DNA from: Octopus sinensis
Taxonomy: Eukaryota
DNA: 64,000 bases
Assembly (NCBI RefSeq): GCF_006345805.1
Contig: NC_043016.1
Coordinates: 29,388,001-29,452,000 of the forward strand
Reading direction: 5' to 3'
In this document: piece by piece, positions 11,936 to 24,092 of the stretch
Layout: each line of letters opens with the position of its first letter
How positions within the stretch are numbered: position 1 is the first letter of the stretch
Position numbers and translations under genes: made by a program
The notes under the pieces: generated by a model
Database searches by the model: none
The model's input: the letters and a program-made list of their open reading frames with translations, nothing else
What the model was told of the DNA's origin: nothing

Positions 11936-13559
11936 ATACTCACACTTGCACAATCTACTGCTACACTGATACCACAAACTCTTCAATACCCATACAATTA
12001 AGATCAACCATTTTTGCCTAGATAACATCACATATCCATGGCCTTCACAGACCCTCCTAGACTAGTGTCATTCCAGAATTTCAGAGAGACAATATTCTAG
12101 GAAGAAAGAACTGGTTATAGTGATTAATATGGAGCCTAGTGAGATGGAGGACACAACAAGGATGATAAGAAGAGCAGAGTGAGTGGGTTGGTAATACCTG
12201 AGTGGGAGTCAGCATTTGACTAGTCCATGGGTTGACAAACCAGAGTAAATTACCTCAAGTGGAGTAAAACTGAAATTCTTGCTGGGTAATGAAGACTCAT
12301 TAGACATAAGTAAAATTTTTTTAAATGTGTTTGTTCAATAAACCTTTCGAATTCAAAGGATCTATGATTTTCTTCCTTTCAAATCAGGGGGGTAATTTCG
12401 GTGTAAATAAATATCTTTGAGAATAATTGGTTAAAAAAAGGTCCTTGACCCCTGGACTAGTCAGTTCTGAGAAACAGAAACCATTACAACAGTGGTAGAA
12501 AAGATAAGGAAAGGAGATACAGCTCATTTGTATTGTAGAGGTTGGAAGATATCTGTGAATAATTTTATGCCAATCAGTCTGTATTGACAGAATAAGCTAA
12601 GCCAACTCATACTACAATTGCGTGATCTGGTAAAAAGCTGACAGTCCAAGAGATGAGAGACAGATGAGGAAGGGAGCTTTCTAGGTGCAATCCCATGCTC
12701 ATTCATAACTAAAGTAGGGTCATTTATATATATATATATATATAGGAGGGTAAGAAAATTATAGGCACTTTTGTTTCTATTTTAATAGGAGATTCATGTG
12801 CTTAGCTGAAAGCTTTGCTGCTGTCAACAAAGTTTTTTCCAAGGAGAGTAGGTCAACTGTGGATCTAGCATCATAGAAACCATATGAGTTGTGAAGGATA
12901 GAAAGCTAGCAGCTATGTTATGTGGGTTGTTTCTACCAGAGGAGGTTGAAAGACAGAGAAGATAGGGGCAGCAAAGACTGTAATAATAGCAACAGCAACA
13001 AATCCACAGAAATGGTTCTGGAAATGAGAAACAAAACGTATCTCATCCAAGATGATTCCAAGACCTTATGAACAACTAGATGGCCAGGAAGCCCACAAAG
13101 AAGTTGAAAAACCAAGTTTGCACTAATCCCTAGCATTATCACCTCTATCATCCTGTGACAATGGGAATGAAATGGAGAATGACAGCAAATTGTTGAAGGC
13201 AGCCAGAAAAAGAGAGGAAAAAAACAGAGTGTGAGCAGGTGTACAAGACAAGAAAAGAGGCCTGACTTCATAGAAGTACTTGAATTTACTGTAACTTAAA
13301 AAAAAAAGAGGAAAGGTTATTTGCACAATCTAATGAAGCATAATGATCTAATTACCCTGTGTTGATTGAATGTAGTACAGAGGACCAATAACAGTTCATT
13401 CTTTGCAATAGGTTTTTCACCAAGACCATTCTAGTAGTCTATAAACTTTTGACAGATTTTTTCTCCAAGAGAAGTAGGGCTCTTCATGACTTGATTGACA
13501 GTTTTATATGCATCAGGTTTCCATATGAAGAATAGCCAGGGCTCTAGGAGGCTTTAATT

Positions 13560-13848
13560 CAATGGTTCCCAAAGTGGGTGGTACTCCACACCCTCTGGGA
13601 AACAGTGGAAAGATGCAGGGGGTGCTGAAGAATAGTCAGGGGATAATGGGGTGGCCAAAAGAGGGTGATGAATGTATGAACAACCAAATAACAGATTAAT
13701 TAAGTTAAGTTTTATTTGAGAAATACATTTGTTTTGAATTTGCCTCAGAAAGTGGTCTATGTTTGTGATGTGAGAGGGGGATAGGGTCCTAGCAATGTAG
13801 CCTGGGTGTAAAGGCAATGGCAGCCCCAAAAAAGTTTGTGAACAACTA
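13560..13848. mobile_element. hAT-type MITE with 8-bp TSD
   Basis: Termini CAATGGTTCCCAAA and TTTGTGAACAACTA (decayed CAGTGGTTCCCAAA TIR). CTTTAATT is duplicated exactly at 13552-13559 and 13849-13856. Confidence 0.8.
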
Positions 13849-13984
13849 CTTTAATTCAACCTGCATATTGGCTTTTCACCCAAGTATGTCTGGAATGGTG
13901 ACTTTACTTGCTTGCATTTGTATTTATTTACTTATGTATGTTTTGTTGGGGTGTGTGTATTAATGTTATGTATGTGTGTGTGTG

Positions 13985-14570
13985 ATAAATAAAACACTTG
14001 AGGATATGAAGACTGGGAAAGCTCCAATTTCATCAAGGATTACAGTTGAACTGCTCAAGATGTCTGGTGGAGTGCAATACAGCCTAGTCGCCTACACAGT
14101 TAATGAGGTTGTGCAAGAAGACACCATACTCAACGACTGTTGTAGCAGCAACATAGTCAACTGTTATAAGAGTAAAGTAGATGTTTTAGAAGAAGCAATT
14201 ACAGCAGTATCAAATTACTGGACTAGCTCAGGGAAGTTACAGAGGGAGTTATAGCTTAACTAATTGGGACTTGTCATTTGTTGATTGTGACATTTGTTGA
14301 TCAAGAGAAAGCCTTTGACACAGTGCCTCAGTCTCTGATTTAGTGGTCACTCTGGAAGCTAGAGAAGATAAATGGCTAGTGGGAACAATTCGAACCTTAT
14401 GCAGGAGTGCTATCAGTAAGGTTAGCAATGAGTATTGTTGTGAATTTAGTATGCAGGTAGTTTATCAGGGTTTGGTTTTCAATCTCCTCTTATCATAGTT
14501 CTCAGGCCATAACAGAGAAATTTAAAATTTGCCATCTGAGGGATCTCCTCTAAGCTAATCACCTTGTTTC
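13985..14570 (+). mobile_element. RTE LINE reverse-transcriptase remnant
   Basis: LEDMKTGKAPISSRITVELLK...IVNCYKSKVDVL, then DQEKAFDTVP; multiple stops. Confidence 0.75.
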
Positions 14571-15160
14571 TACCTTTAGTAGAAATTAAATGGTATCTTT
14601 TTTTGTATGTGATCATCATAATTTTTAAAGTTTGCTTGTCATACTAGCATGGATTGAGCTGGTCATCACAATTTGAGTCAGTTCTTTTTCAGAGTTACTA
14701 CCTTTCTAGATAGATCAGCGGACCATGTCTTGCTTGTACATTCTATTTCTGGTGTAATTTCTACGGCTGGATGCCCTTCCTGTCACCAGTCACTTTACAG
14801 AGTGAACTAGATATATTTAATCATAGCACCAGCACTAGTGAGGTTGTCTCATCCCTCAGCAAGATCAAAGTACCTTTACAGATGTTCAGTGATGCCATTG
14901 AATATTAACATTCAGGATCATGATCATTACTGTGTGCTGAGCTATCATCATGCTCCTACAACTGATAATGACGATGACAGTTGACGACAAAGTCAACAAG
15001 GATAATGATAACAATGAAAATGATAATAACGCCGTTGATGACATTCCTACAAGTATGAAAATGTTGTTAACCTTACTACTGCCTTACATAAATGTTTTCC
15101 ATCTTAGTAGCCATAATAATGCATACTAACATGTATTAAATACATTATTTACATTTGACT

Positions 15161-15266
15161 GATATTTGTCCTCATCTTGTTTGTTGTTAACACGTTTCGT
15201 CCAGCCTTCAGCAGGTGTCTTGGGGAAATTTCGAACCTGGGTTCTCATTCCTAAGGTATTTTTCAA

Positions 15267-15308
<42 letters not shown>

Positions 15309-15439
15309 AATGACTGCTTGGAATCAAACTTGGCATCTTGCTGTTAGTAGCCTACGCACTTAACAACTACACCAAGACACCTGGAGGGTATATCAGCCGA
15401 AACGTTGTGTTAACAACAAACAAGATGAGGACAAATATC
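15161..15439. mobile_element. Inverted pair of Penelope-type terminal-repeat fragments, each with a partial hammerhead motif
   Basis: 33-bp perfect inverted arms at 15161-15193 and 15407-15439, each adjoining GAAACGT and AGACACCTG. Confidence 0.6.
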
Positions 15440-15675
15440 CGTTGAATGTAAATAATTTAAATAATGTAAATAATTCCTCATCTATTAAATATAGAAGTGT
15501 ATTAAATAGTACTTCAATTCAATGGTTTAAATGTTAAATGCAATAAATGTCATAATGACCTACAAATAAATGAATGGATAAATAGCTGTTTCAAATCTTG
15601 GCACAAAATCAGCAATTTTGGGAGAGGGCATAATTGATTACATCACCCCCATTACTCAACTGGTACTTATCTTTC

Positions 15676-15933
15676 TGCGAGCTGGCAGAAACGTTAGCAC
15701 GCTGGGCGAAATGCTTAGCGGTATTTCGTCTGCTGTTACGTTGTGAGTTCAAATTCCGCCGAGGTCGACTTTGCATTTCATCCTTTCAGGGTCGATAAAT
15801 TAAGTACATCCTTTCGGGGTCGATTAAATGAGTACCAGTTACGCACTGGGGTCGATGTAATTGACTTAATACCTATGTCTGTCCTTGTTTGTCCCCTCTG
15901 TGTTTAGCCCCTTGTGGGTAATAAAGAAATAGG
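15676..15933 (+). mobile_element. SINE family B, nested in an oppositely oriented relative
   Basis: GCGAGCTGGCAGAAACGTTAGCAC...GAGTTCAAATTCCGCCGAGGTCGACTTTGC...TAAAGAAATAG. The flanking minus-strand copy spans ~15585-15670 and ~15935-16060. Confidence 0.85.
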
Positions 15934-16089
15934 TATTTATCTTATCAACCTTGGAAAGATTAAAGGCAAAGTTGACCTGTGAATTTGAACTCAATGTAAA
16001 GACAAACAAAATTATGCTAAGCATTTTCCCCTGTGATGCTAACTGTTATGGCAATTTGTCCCCTTCAACAAATAAATGTTAGGATTTAT

Positions 16090-16233
16090 ACTTTCATATT
16101 TGGTTGTTTGTATATATGCACACGCACACTCACACACACGCATGCACGCGCACACACACACACATATATGTATATATGTGTCTGCGTATAAATATACGCA
16201 TGCATATGTATATTTAAGTATGTATACATCTTT

Positions 16234-16288
<55 letters not shown>

Positions 16289-16420
16289 TTTATATACATC
16301 TTGCTATTTACACACACATACATATACATACATTAATGTATACATAAACATACATATGTATGTATGTATGTATGTTATGGATATATGTATATACATAGAT
16401 ATTTATACATTTACTACATA

Positions 16421-16461
<41 letters not shown>

Positions 16462-16470
16462 CACATACAT

Positions 16471-16503
<33 letters not shown>

Positions 16504-16745
16504 TGTATATATGTGTCTGCGTATGAATATATGCATGTATATGTATATTTAAGTATGTATACATCTTTGTATTTATATATATCTATCTATATATATATTT
16601 ATAAACATCTTTCTATTTACACACACACACATACATATACATACATAAAAGTATACATAATCATACATATCTATGTATGTATATGGATATATGTATATAC
16701 ATATGTATATACGTTTATTATATATATATATATATATATATATGT
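16090..16745. repeat. Long compound (CA)/(TA)/(GA)/(TACA) microsatellite
   Basis: Seen directly. Confidence 0.9.
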
Positions 16746-17399
16746 TTCTCTTCCTGCTTGGATTCTTTTTAGAGTCTAGTTTCTTTACAACCTAGTCACC
16801 TTGCAGGTGGCAAGAATGGAAAGAAGAAAGAGATTTTGTTTTCTTTGTTATTTCACCCTTCACCCTCCAAGTTTTAAGAAAGTCTTGCAAATTTTTATAT
16901 ATCTCTATGTTGTCATTTTTCTTTCAATTGTTCTCTTCTGGTTCAGATGTTTATTATGAACAACAGATTTTAATTCCTGTTCAAGGAGATTAATTTATGC
17001 TTAAGTGTTGTGTTTTTACTATTGCCAAACACTTTATATATATATATATTTTTTTTCTTTTTAGTTTGCTGATGGTGGTGGTGATGGCAGTTGGGGGGGG
17101 GCGATGGTGGTGGCAATGGTGGCGATGGTGGGGGTGGCAGCGGCAGTAAGCTGTGTAATTATTTGGTTGCTTGTTTGTTTGACACAAGCAAGCTCATATA
17201 ACTGACAACTTTTCATAGATCTATAATTGTTTCTTTTTTTTTTCTTTTCTGATTTCTTTCATATCCATGTCAGCAGTTTTTCGTATGTTTTCTTTTGTTT
17301 ATTTATTTGCTTGTTTGTTTGTTTGTTTTTCGTTGCCTTTATTTACTTCTTCAGTATTTCCAAGATACTGCTTGGCAGTTGTTATGAGTCACAGTTGTT

Positions 17400-17575
17400 A
17401 AAGTCACAGGAAAAAAAAAAAGTCACAATAATAAAGTCACAATTTTGGAAAGGAAAAAAAGTCACAATTAATTTATAATCCAGACAAGCCCCCTTGGACA
17501 ACCCCTCCCCTAGACTTTATTACCCCTGTGAATTTATTACCGTGACTTTTTGTGCTATGATATTTTTACCCGTAT
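17400..17575. mobile_element. MITE-like element with AAAGTCAC/GTGACTTT subterminal repeats
   Basis: Four AAAGTCAC copies on the left and inverted GTGACTTTTT on the right. Confidence 0.45.
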
Positions 17576-17689
17576 TCATTATGAGAGTATATAAATAATT
17601 GTAAATTTTCCAAAAGAAAGGAACATAACATTCTGAGTTCAAATACTGTTGTAAATATTAATTTTCAAATGTTGGTACTTTTGCAATTT

Positions 17690-18075
17690 TGGGGTAGCTG
17701 TACCATTGAACCCTAGTGATTAACTGGCATTTATTTTATTGACCCTGAAAGGATGAAAGGCAAAGTCGACCTCGGCAGTATTAGAACTCTGAATATAAAG
17801 ACAGATAAAATGCCACAAAGCATTTTGCCTGGCGTGCTAATAATTCTGCCAGTTCACCACCTTCCACTATTGTAAATACAGATTTCAAGTTTTGGCACAA
17901 GGCCAGCAATTTCAGGAGTGGGTTATACTGATTACATCGACCCCCAGTGTTCAACTGGTACATATTTTATTTACCCCGAAAGGATGAAAGGCAAAGTCAA
18001 CCTCAGTGGAATTTGAACTCAAAATTTAAAAATGGACAAAATGCCACTAAGAATTTTACCCAACATGTTAACAAA
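17690..18075 (-). mobile_element. Two adjacent SINE family B copies
   Basis: Each contains GAAAGGATGAAAGGCAAAGTC(G/A)ACCTC (reverse complement of the family B core). Confidence 0.8.
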
Positions 18076-18889
18076 AGAATAGAAATTGAAAAAAAATAAA
18101 ATAAAAATGGCTTGTGTGGTTGCTTCCCAACCACATGGTTCTAGGTTCAATCCTAAAGCATGGTCCTTTGGATAAGAGTCTCCTCCTGTAGCAATGGGCT
18201 CACCACATCCTTGGATTGGCTGGGAAATTTTGAAATCATTCAATATATCAACCCTACCTAATCTATACAGTTGTCACCTACTCTTCCCACCCTGCACAAC
18301 TGTTCTTCATTTATCATAGTCTCCTCCTCACCTATTTCCCATTTATGATCATCTCTCACTCTTCCCACACACTCTTGCAACCTCTATCTATACACGCTCC
18401 TATTCTTCCGTTTCCACTTCTATTTATCTTGTATCTTGGATGTTCACCTTGACATCTCATCACCATAATTTTTACTTCTTTCCACCCCAATAACTCCTAT
18501 CCTCTCTTCTATAGAGTGAATAACCCTATTGCTCCTCTACAGTATGAAACCTGTTCTGTACTGTCCCCTTACTTCATACTTTAACCTCACATCACCCAGC
18601 ATAAAGCTGCCACCCTCTCTACTGTAGCTCCTAGACAAAGAGAATCTTGGTTTTTTGGGGTTACTTGGTGACCACATTTGTACTGATGCCACACAAAAAA
18701 AGTCATCCAGTACACTTGGTAAAGTGCTTGGCATGAAGTAGAGCACCCAGTTATAAAAAACCATGCCAAGAGAGACATTTGAGCATAATGAGGTCCTCAA
18801 ACCCGATGGATTTTGTCAAACTCTTTCCCCCATACCAGATTAAAACATATAAATTATATGATGATGATGATTTATTTATTTTTATACAT

Positions 18890-19290
18890 AGGCGCAGGAG
18901 TGGCTGTGTGGTAAGTAGCTTGCTAACCAACCACATAGTTCCGGGTTCAGTCCCACTGTGTGGCATCTTGGGCAAGTGTCTTCTGCTATAGCCCCGGGCC
19001 GACCAATGCCTTGTGAGTGGATTTGGTAGGCAGAAACTGAAAGAAGCCTGTCGTATATATGTATATGTATGTGTGTGTTTGTGTGTCTGTGTTTGTCCCC
19101 CTAGCATTGCTTGACAACCAATGCTGGTGTGTTTACGTCCCCGTCATTTAGCGGTTCGGCAAAAGAGACCGATAGAATAAGTACTGGGCTTACAAAGAAT
19201 AAGTCCCGGGGTCGAATTGCTCGACTAAAGGCGGTGCTCCAGCATGGCCGCAGTCAAATGACTGAAACAAGTAAAGAGAAAAGAAAGAGA
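18890..19290 (+). mobile_element. SINE family A, full length
   Basis: GGCGCAGGAGTGGCTGTGTGG through GAAACAAGTAAAGAG. Confidence 0.92.
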
Positions 19291-19439
19291 AAGAGATACT
19301 GATATATTTGTCTATCTTTCTACCTACACACACATACACACATTAATAGTTGCCATGCAATGTAATGAAACAATTTTAAATATACAATTTTCATAATACA
19401 TACAATATTAAATGCTACAGAATTTTAATATAATATTGA

Positions 19440-19473
<34 letters not shown>

Positions 19474-19475
<2 letters not shown>

Positions 19476-20205
19476 TGTGTACAGTGCTCAGGTGCACTAC
19501 AACTCATCTAAAGTGTATATATAATCAGGTGTAGTTTCGGCGGATTTCGGAAAGCATGAGGGCCTTAAAAGATGCAGTGTCATGGCAGTCAACAACTGAC
19601 GCAGGCAGTTTATTCCATGCTTCAGCAACTCTGAGCGTGAAAAAATGTTTCCGAAAGTCATGGGAGCTGTATTGTTTTCTGACTTTGTAGGCATGTCACG
19701 TGTGTTAGACACATGGAGATCAAAAAGGTGTTCAGTGTTGTTGTTGGTGAGGTGGTTGATAACTTTGTGGGTGTTTACCAAGTCTGTCGCCAAACGCCGG
19801 AGCTTCAGTGAATCCATGCCCAGGGAAACAAGGCGCTCAGAATATGGTAGGTGTCTGATGGAGGGTATGCGTTTGGTTGCACGTCTCTGGACAGATTCCA
19901 GGAGGTCAATGTTCTGTGCAAGATAGGGGTTCCAAACTGATGATGCGAATTCCAAGTGTGGTCGTACCATAGCTGTATACAGTTTTAAATAGATGGCTGG
20001 AGAGCGGCTAACAAAAGACCTGCTGAGTGATGCCAAGACACCCTCGGCCTTCCTGACAATCTTAGAGATATGCTTTGACCAACGCAAATCACTGCTGACA
20101 GTGATGCCTAGGTCACGCTCGCAAGAGGATTTCTTGATATCAGTGTTGTGGAGGGAGTAAGTGAACGCAGGGTTTTTTCTCCCAAAATGCATGGTAATAC
20201 TATTT
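19474..20205 (-). mobile_element. CR1-clade LINE 3' fragment (ORF 19497-20243)
   Basis: MHFGRKNP...CERDLGITVSSDLRWSKHI...LYTAMVRPHLEFASSVWNP...LESVQRRATK. Frameshift near the 3' end; (AAT)n tail at ~19440-19475. Confidence 0.93.
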
Positions 20206-20285
20206 TGAAGAATTTGAACTATACAGCATACTATGGTCTTCAAAAATTTTAATTGATTATATTACAGAAGTTGCATTGCATTTGT

Positions 20286-20560
20286 TCATCATCATCGTTT
20301 AACGTCCGCTTTCCATGCTGGCATGGGTTGGACGATTTGACTGAGGACTGGCAAGCCAGATGGCTGCACCAAGCTCAATCTTGATCTGGCATGGTTTCTA
20401 CAGCTGGATGCCCTTCCTAACGCCAACCACTCCTAGAGTGTAGTGGGTGCTTTTATGTGCCACTGGCACGAGGGCCAGTCAGGTGGTACTGGCAATGACC
20501 ACGCTCAAAAGGTGGTTTTTTATATACCACCTGCACAGGAGCCAGTCCAGCGGCACGGGC
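20286..20560 (-). mobile_element. RTE-type 3'UTR repeat with (GAT)n tail
   Basis: CATCATCGTTTAACGTCCGCTTTCCATGC...CAGCTGGATGCCCTTCCTAACGCCAACC. Confidence 0.85.
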
Positions 20561-20689
20561 AAAGAATATTGTTTATACAGTTAAAATTTGATGGGTTTTA
20601 TATAATGTTTATAACATGGGCTGTGACAACTGAGGACATGTGTAGGCTTGAAAAAAATGAAGCCAGTATGTTTTGCTAGATGTGCAATG

Positions 20690-21425
20690 TCAGTGTGCAT
20701 GTTCGTCAGAGTGTAAGCATCTTGATAGAAAAGTTAGGCATAAGAGGCATCAGATGTGGTGTGCAAGAGGGATTACTGTGCTGGTATGGTCATGTGATGT
20801 GTATGGACAAGGTCAGCTGTGTAAAGAAGTGCTGATCCCTAACTGTAGAGGGAATCTGTGGTAGAGGTAGACCCAAAAAGACATGGGACAAGATGGTGAG
20901 GAATGATCTTTGAATTTTAGGCCTCACAGAGACAATGACTAGTGACCGAGATCCCTGGTGATGTGCTGTGCTTGAGAAGATCTGTCAAGCCAAGTGAAAT
21001 TGCAGTCATGGCTGATACTGGAGTCATGTAACTGGCACCCATAATGGTGACACGTAAAAGACACCTTTTGAGTGTTGGGCCTCACAGAGACAAAGTGGAT
21101 GAGCTCCTTTCAAGTGTCTGGCCTCACAGAGGCAATGACTGAGACCTTTGGTATAATGTCGTGCTTGAGAAGAAGACCCATCAAGCTGAACAAAACCACA
21201 GTCATGGCAGATAGTGGTGTCATGCAAGCAGCAGAAAATGTCAGGGGCACATAAAAGCACCCATTACACTCTCGGAGTGGTTGATGTTAGGAAGGGCATC
21301 CAGCCATAGAAACCATGCCAAATCAGACTGCAGTCTGATGCACCCTTCCAGCTTGCCAACCCTAATCAAGCCATTCATCTGATGCCAGCATGGACAAAAA
21401 ACATTAAATGATGATAATGATAATG
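20690..21425 (+). mobile_element. RTE LINE 3' end: ORF tail running into the abundant 3'UTR repeat
   Basis: WYGHVM, SCVKKC and GRGRPKKTWD-like remnants, followed by GGAAGGGCATCCAGC...ATTAAATGATGAT. Confidence 0.8.
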
Positions 21426-21468
21426 ATTATAAAGATGATATAGCATTTTTTATCATAAAGATCAACTA

Positions 21469-21869
21469 AGGCGCAGGAGTGGCTGTGTGGTAAGTACCTT
21501 GCTAACCAACCACATGGTTCCGGGTTCAGTCCCACTGCGTGGCATCTTGGGCAAGTGTCTTCTGCTATAGCCCTGGGCCGACCAATGCCTTGTGAGTGGA
21601 TTTGGTAGACGGAAACTGAAAGAAGCCTGTCGTATATATGTATATATATATATATATGTATGTGAGTGTGTTTGTTTTGTTCCCCTAGCATTGCTTGACA
21701 ACCGATGCTGGTGTGTTTACGTCCCCGTCATTTAGCGGTTCGGCAAAAAGAGACCGATAGAATAAGTACTGGGCTTACAAAAAGAATAAGTCCCGGGGTC
21801 GAGTTGCTCGACTAAAGGCGGTGCTCCAGCATGGCCGCAGTCAAATGACTGAAACAAGTAAAAGAGTAA
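21469..21869 (+). mobile_element. SINE family A, full length
   Basis: Nearly identical to 18890-19290. Confidence 0.92.
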
Positions 21870-22083
21870 TAAAGCTGAGCTGTCAAAGATAATAGTATTT
21901 TAAAAGAAATAAAGAGAAACTGATATTCAATAAATACATCAACAATGTAGTGTATGTTCCATATATTTGAAGTAGGTTTGTTTTGTAAGATGATTTAATT
22001 TTTTATTGAAAATATTTTAAAACATTGGATTAAAAGAAAAATAAATATGAGGAAAAGTTTTGTATAAATTATTTTAATATTAT

Positions 22084-22568
22084 AAATCTTTGAGCAAGGT
22101 ATAAACAGTAGCTGCACGACATCGTGAAGTATATTCACCACTTAAATGTGGCTAACCCTTAAGGGTGGATGGTATTGTAGCTTGTAGCCCCAGGAGGACA
22201 CCTCCTCCAGCTGGCTATTGACACACTTTCTGTGACCTATCAGTATTTGCAACCTGACATGATACACACAGACCCGAGTTTCTGGGTACTCACCCATCAT
22301 CAGCATGTGACAATCACGAGTTGTCAATGTGAAGTAGTTCCCAATGCAAATATATGTATCCTTTTTCCAGTGACGAAAAGACACTGATCTCGAAAAAGTG
22401 TAAATAAGCAATAATAAATCTCTGAGCGAGATATAAACGGTAGCTGCATGACATCGTGAAGTAAAGTGTGTCAATAGCCAGCTGGAGGAAGTGTCCTCCT
22501 GGGGCTACAAGCTACAGTAGCATCCACCCTTAAGGGTTAGCCACATTTAAGTGGCAAATATACTTCAC
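22084..22568. mobile_element. Non-autonomous element with 48-bp terminal direct repeat (period 332) and ~105-bp inverted repeat; carries a hammerhead
   Basis: Direct repeats at 22084-22131 and 22416-22463; inverted arms at 22124-22229 and 22463-22568. Confidence 0.75.
22265..22309 (-). ncRNA. Type I hammerhead ribozyme motif, intact core
   Basis: Minus strand: CACAUG-CUGAUGA-UGGGU(GAGU)ACCCA-GAAAC(UCGG)GUC-UGUGUG. Stem I 6 bp (2 G-U), stem II 5 bp, GUC triplet. Confidence 0.8.
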
Positions 22569-22599
22569 AATGTTTTAATATTTGAAAGCATTTAAGGAG

Positions 22600-22925
22600 G
22601 CAAGGCGGCAGAATAGTAAGTTGGATAACATGTTTAGTGGCATTTCTTTTGACTTATTATGTTCTGAGTTCAAATCCTGCCAAAGTTAACTTTGCCTTTC
22701 GCTGTCTTAAGGTAGCAAGCATGGCAAAATTGTTAGCATGCAGGGTAAAATGCCTAGCAGTATTTCGTCTGTCTTTAAGTTCTGAGCTCAAAATGCTGCT
22801 GGGGTCAACATTGCCTTTTATCTTTTTGGAATCCATAAAATAAGTACCAGTTGATCACTGCAATTGATCTAATTGTCTTACCCCCTGCCCCGAAATTGCT
22901 GGCCTTGTGCAAAAATTTGAAGCAA
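22600..22925 (+). mobile_element. SINE family B copies (two heads)
   Basis: GAGTTCAAATCCTGCC and GAGCTCAAAATGCTGCTGGGGTCAAC cores. Confidence 0.7.
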
Positions 22926-23449
22926 ATAACTGAATTATTTAATATCTGAATATTTTCTTCGTCTATTATACTAAGTCATGTGAGCCTGTGCTATCAAAAA
23001 TGATAGTAATATACATGCATAGTAAAAGTCATTCATATTCCTGATTTGTAACCAAGAAATTTGGGGAATATCTATGAAGTTACTGTCTAATTTAGTTAAC
23101 TTGATTTCTAGATATGTGAATGATGTCTTCCCTTGAAAATTTTCTTCTCCAAAAGGAGATGAACTTACAGCCTTCTTTGTTAGTTTTATTACTGAACAGC
23201 ATAAATTATCTTAACAATATATGCAAATAAATAATTTGGTATGAGAGGGGAAAAAACTATCTGTCTATTTATCTAGCTATCTATTTGTCTGTCAGATGTA
23301 TGTATGTATGTATTCATGCATGTGTGTATGTGTGTATGTATGCATGTATGTATGTTATTTGTTTCACTGTGTCACTGAAAAGAAATGATGAAATTAAAAG
23401 AGTTTTAACTTTTCAGGCATGAGATATTTCCATTTTCTTTATCGTAGCC

Positions 23450-23790
23450 GTTCGCCAGCCTCGTCTGGCACCTGTGTCGGTGGCACATAAAAAACACCAT
23501 CCGAGCGTGGCCGTCTGCCAGCCTTGTCTGGCACCTGTGTCGGTGGCACATAGAAAACACCATTCGAACATGACCGTCTGCCAGCCTCGTCTGGCACCTG
23601 TGTCGGTGGCACATAAAATCACCCACTACACTCTCGGAGTGGTTGGCGTTAGGAAGGGCATCCAGCTGTAGAAACACTGCCAGATCTGACTGGCCTGGTG
23701 CAGCCTTCGGGCTTGCCAGACCCCAGTTGAACCGTCCAATCCATGCTAGCATGGAAAGCGGACGTTAAACGATGATGATGATGATGATTT
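23450..23790 (+). mobile_element. RTE-type 3'UTR repeat with ~60-bp internal tandem units
   Basis: Three CCAGCCT(C/T)GTCTGGCACCTGTGTCGGTGGCACATA units, then GGAAGGGCATCCAGC...GGACGTTAAACGATGATG. Confidence 0.88.
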
Positions 23791-23844
23791 TGGCATTTGA
23801 TGTATGTGTACATGTGTATGTATGTGTGCATGTCTAAATATATA

Positions 23845-24010
23845 ATAATGTTTTAGTGTGTGGTATGTGTGTGTGTGTGTGTGTGCGCGTGTGTGTGTGT
23901 GTGTGTGTTGTGTGTGTGTGTGTGGTGTGTGTGTGTGTGTGTGTGTGGTGTGTGTGTGTGTGTGTTGTGTGTGTGTGTGTGTGTGTGTGTGTTGTGTGGT
24001 GTGTGTGTGT

Positions 24011-24090
<80 letters not shown>
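23845..24090. repeat. Long (TG)n microsatellite
   Basis: Seen directly. Confidence 0.97.

Positions 24091-24092
<2 letters not shown>

Noticed and set aside
23017-23191. Minus-strand open frame IKLTKKAV...SFTYLEIKLTK...SWLQIRNMNDFYYA with an AG acceptor
   Set aside because: Weak donor and acceptor. SFTYLEIKLTK resembles the L1/Tx1 RT motif (FTYLGIxLT), so an old LINE remnant is at least as likely as an exon. BLASTX would decide.
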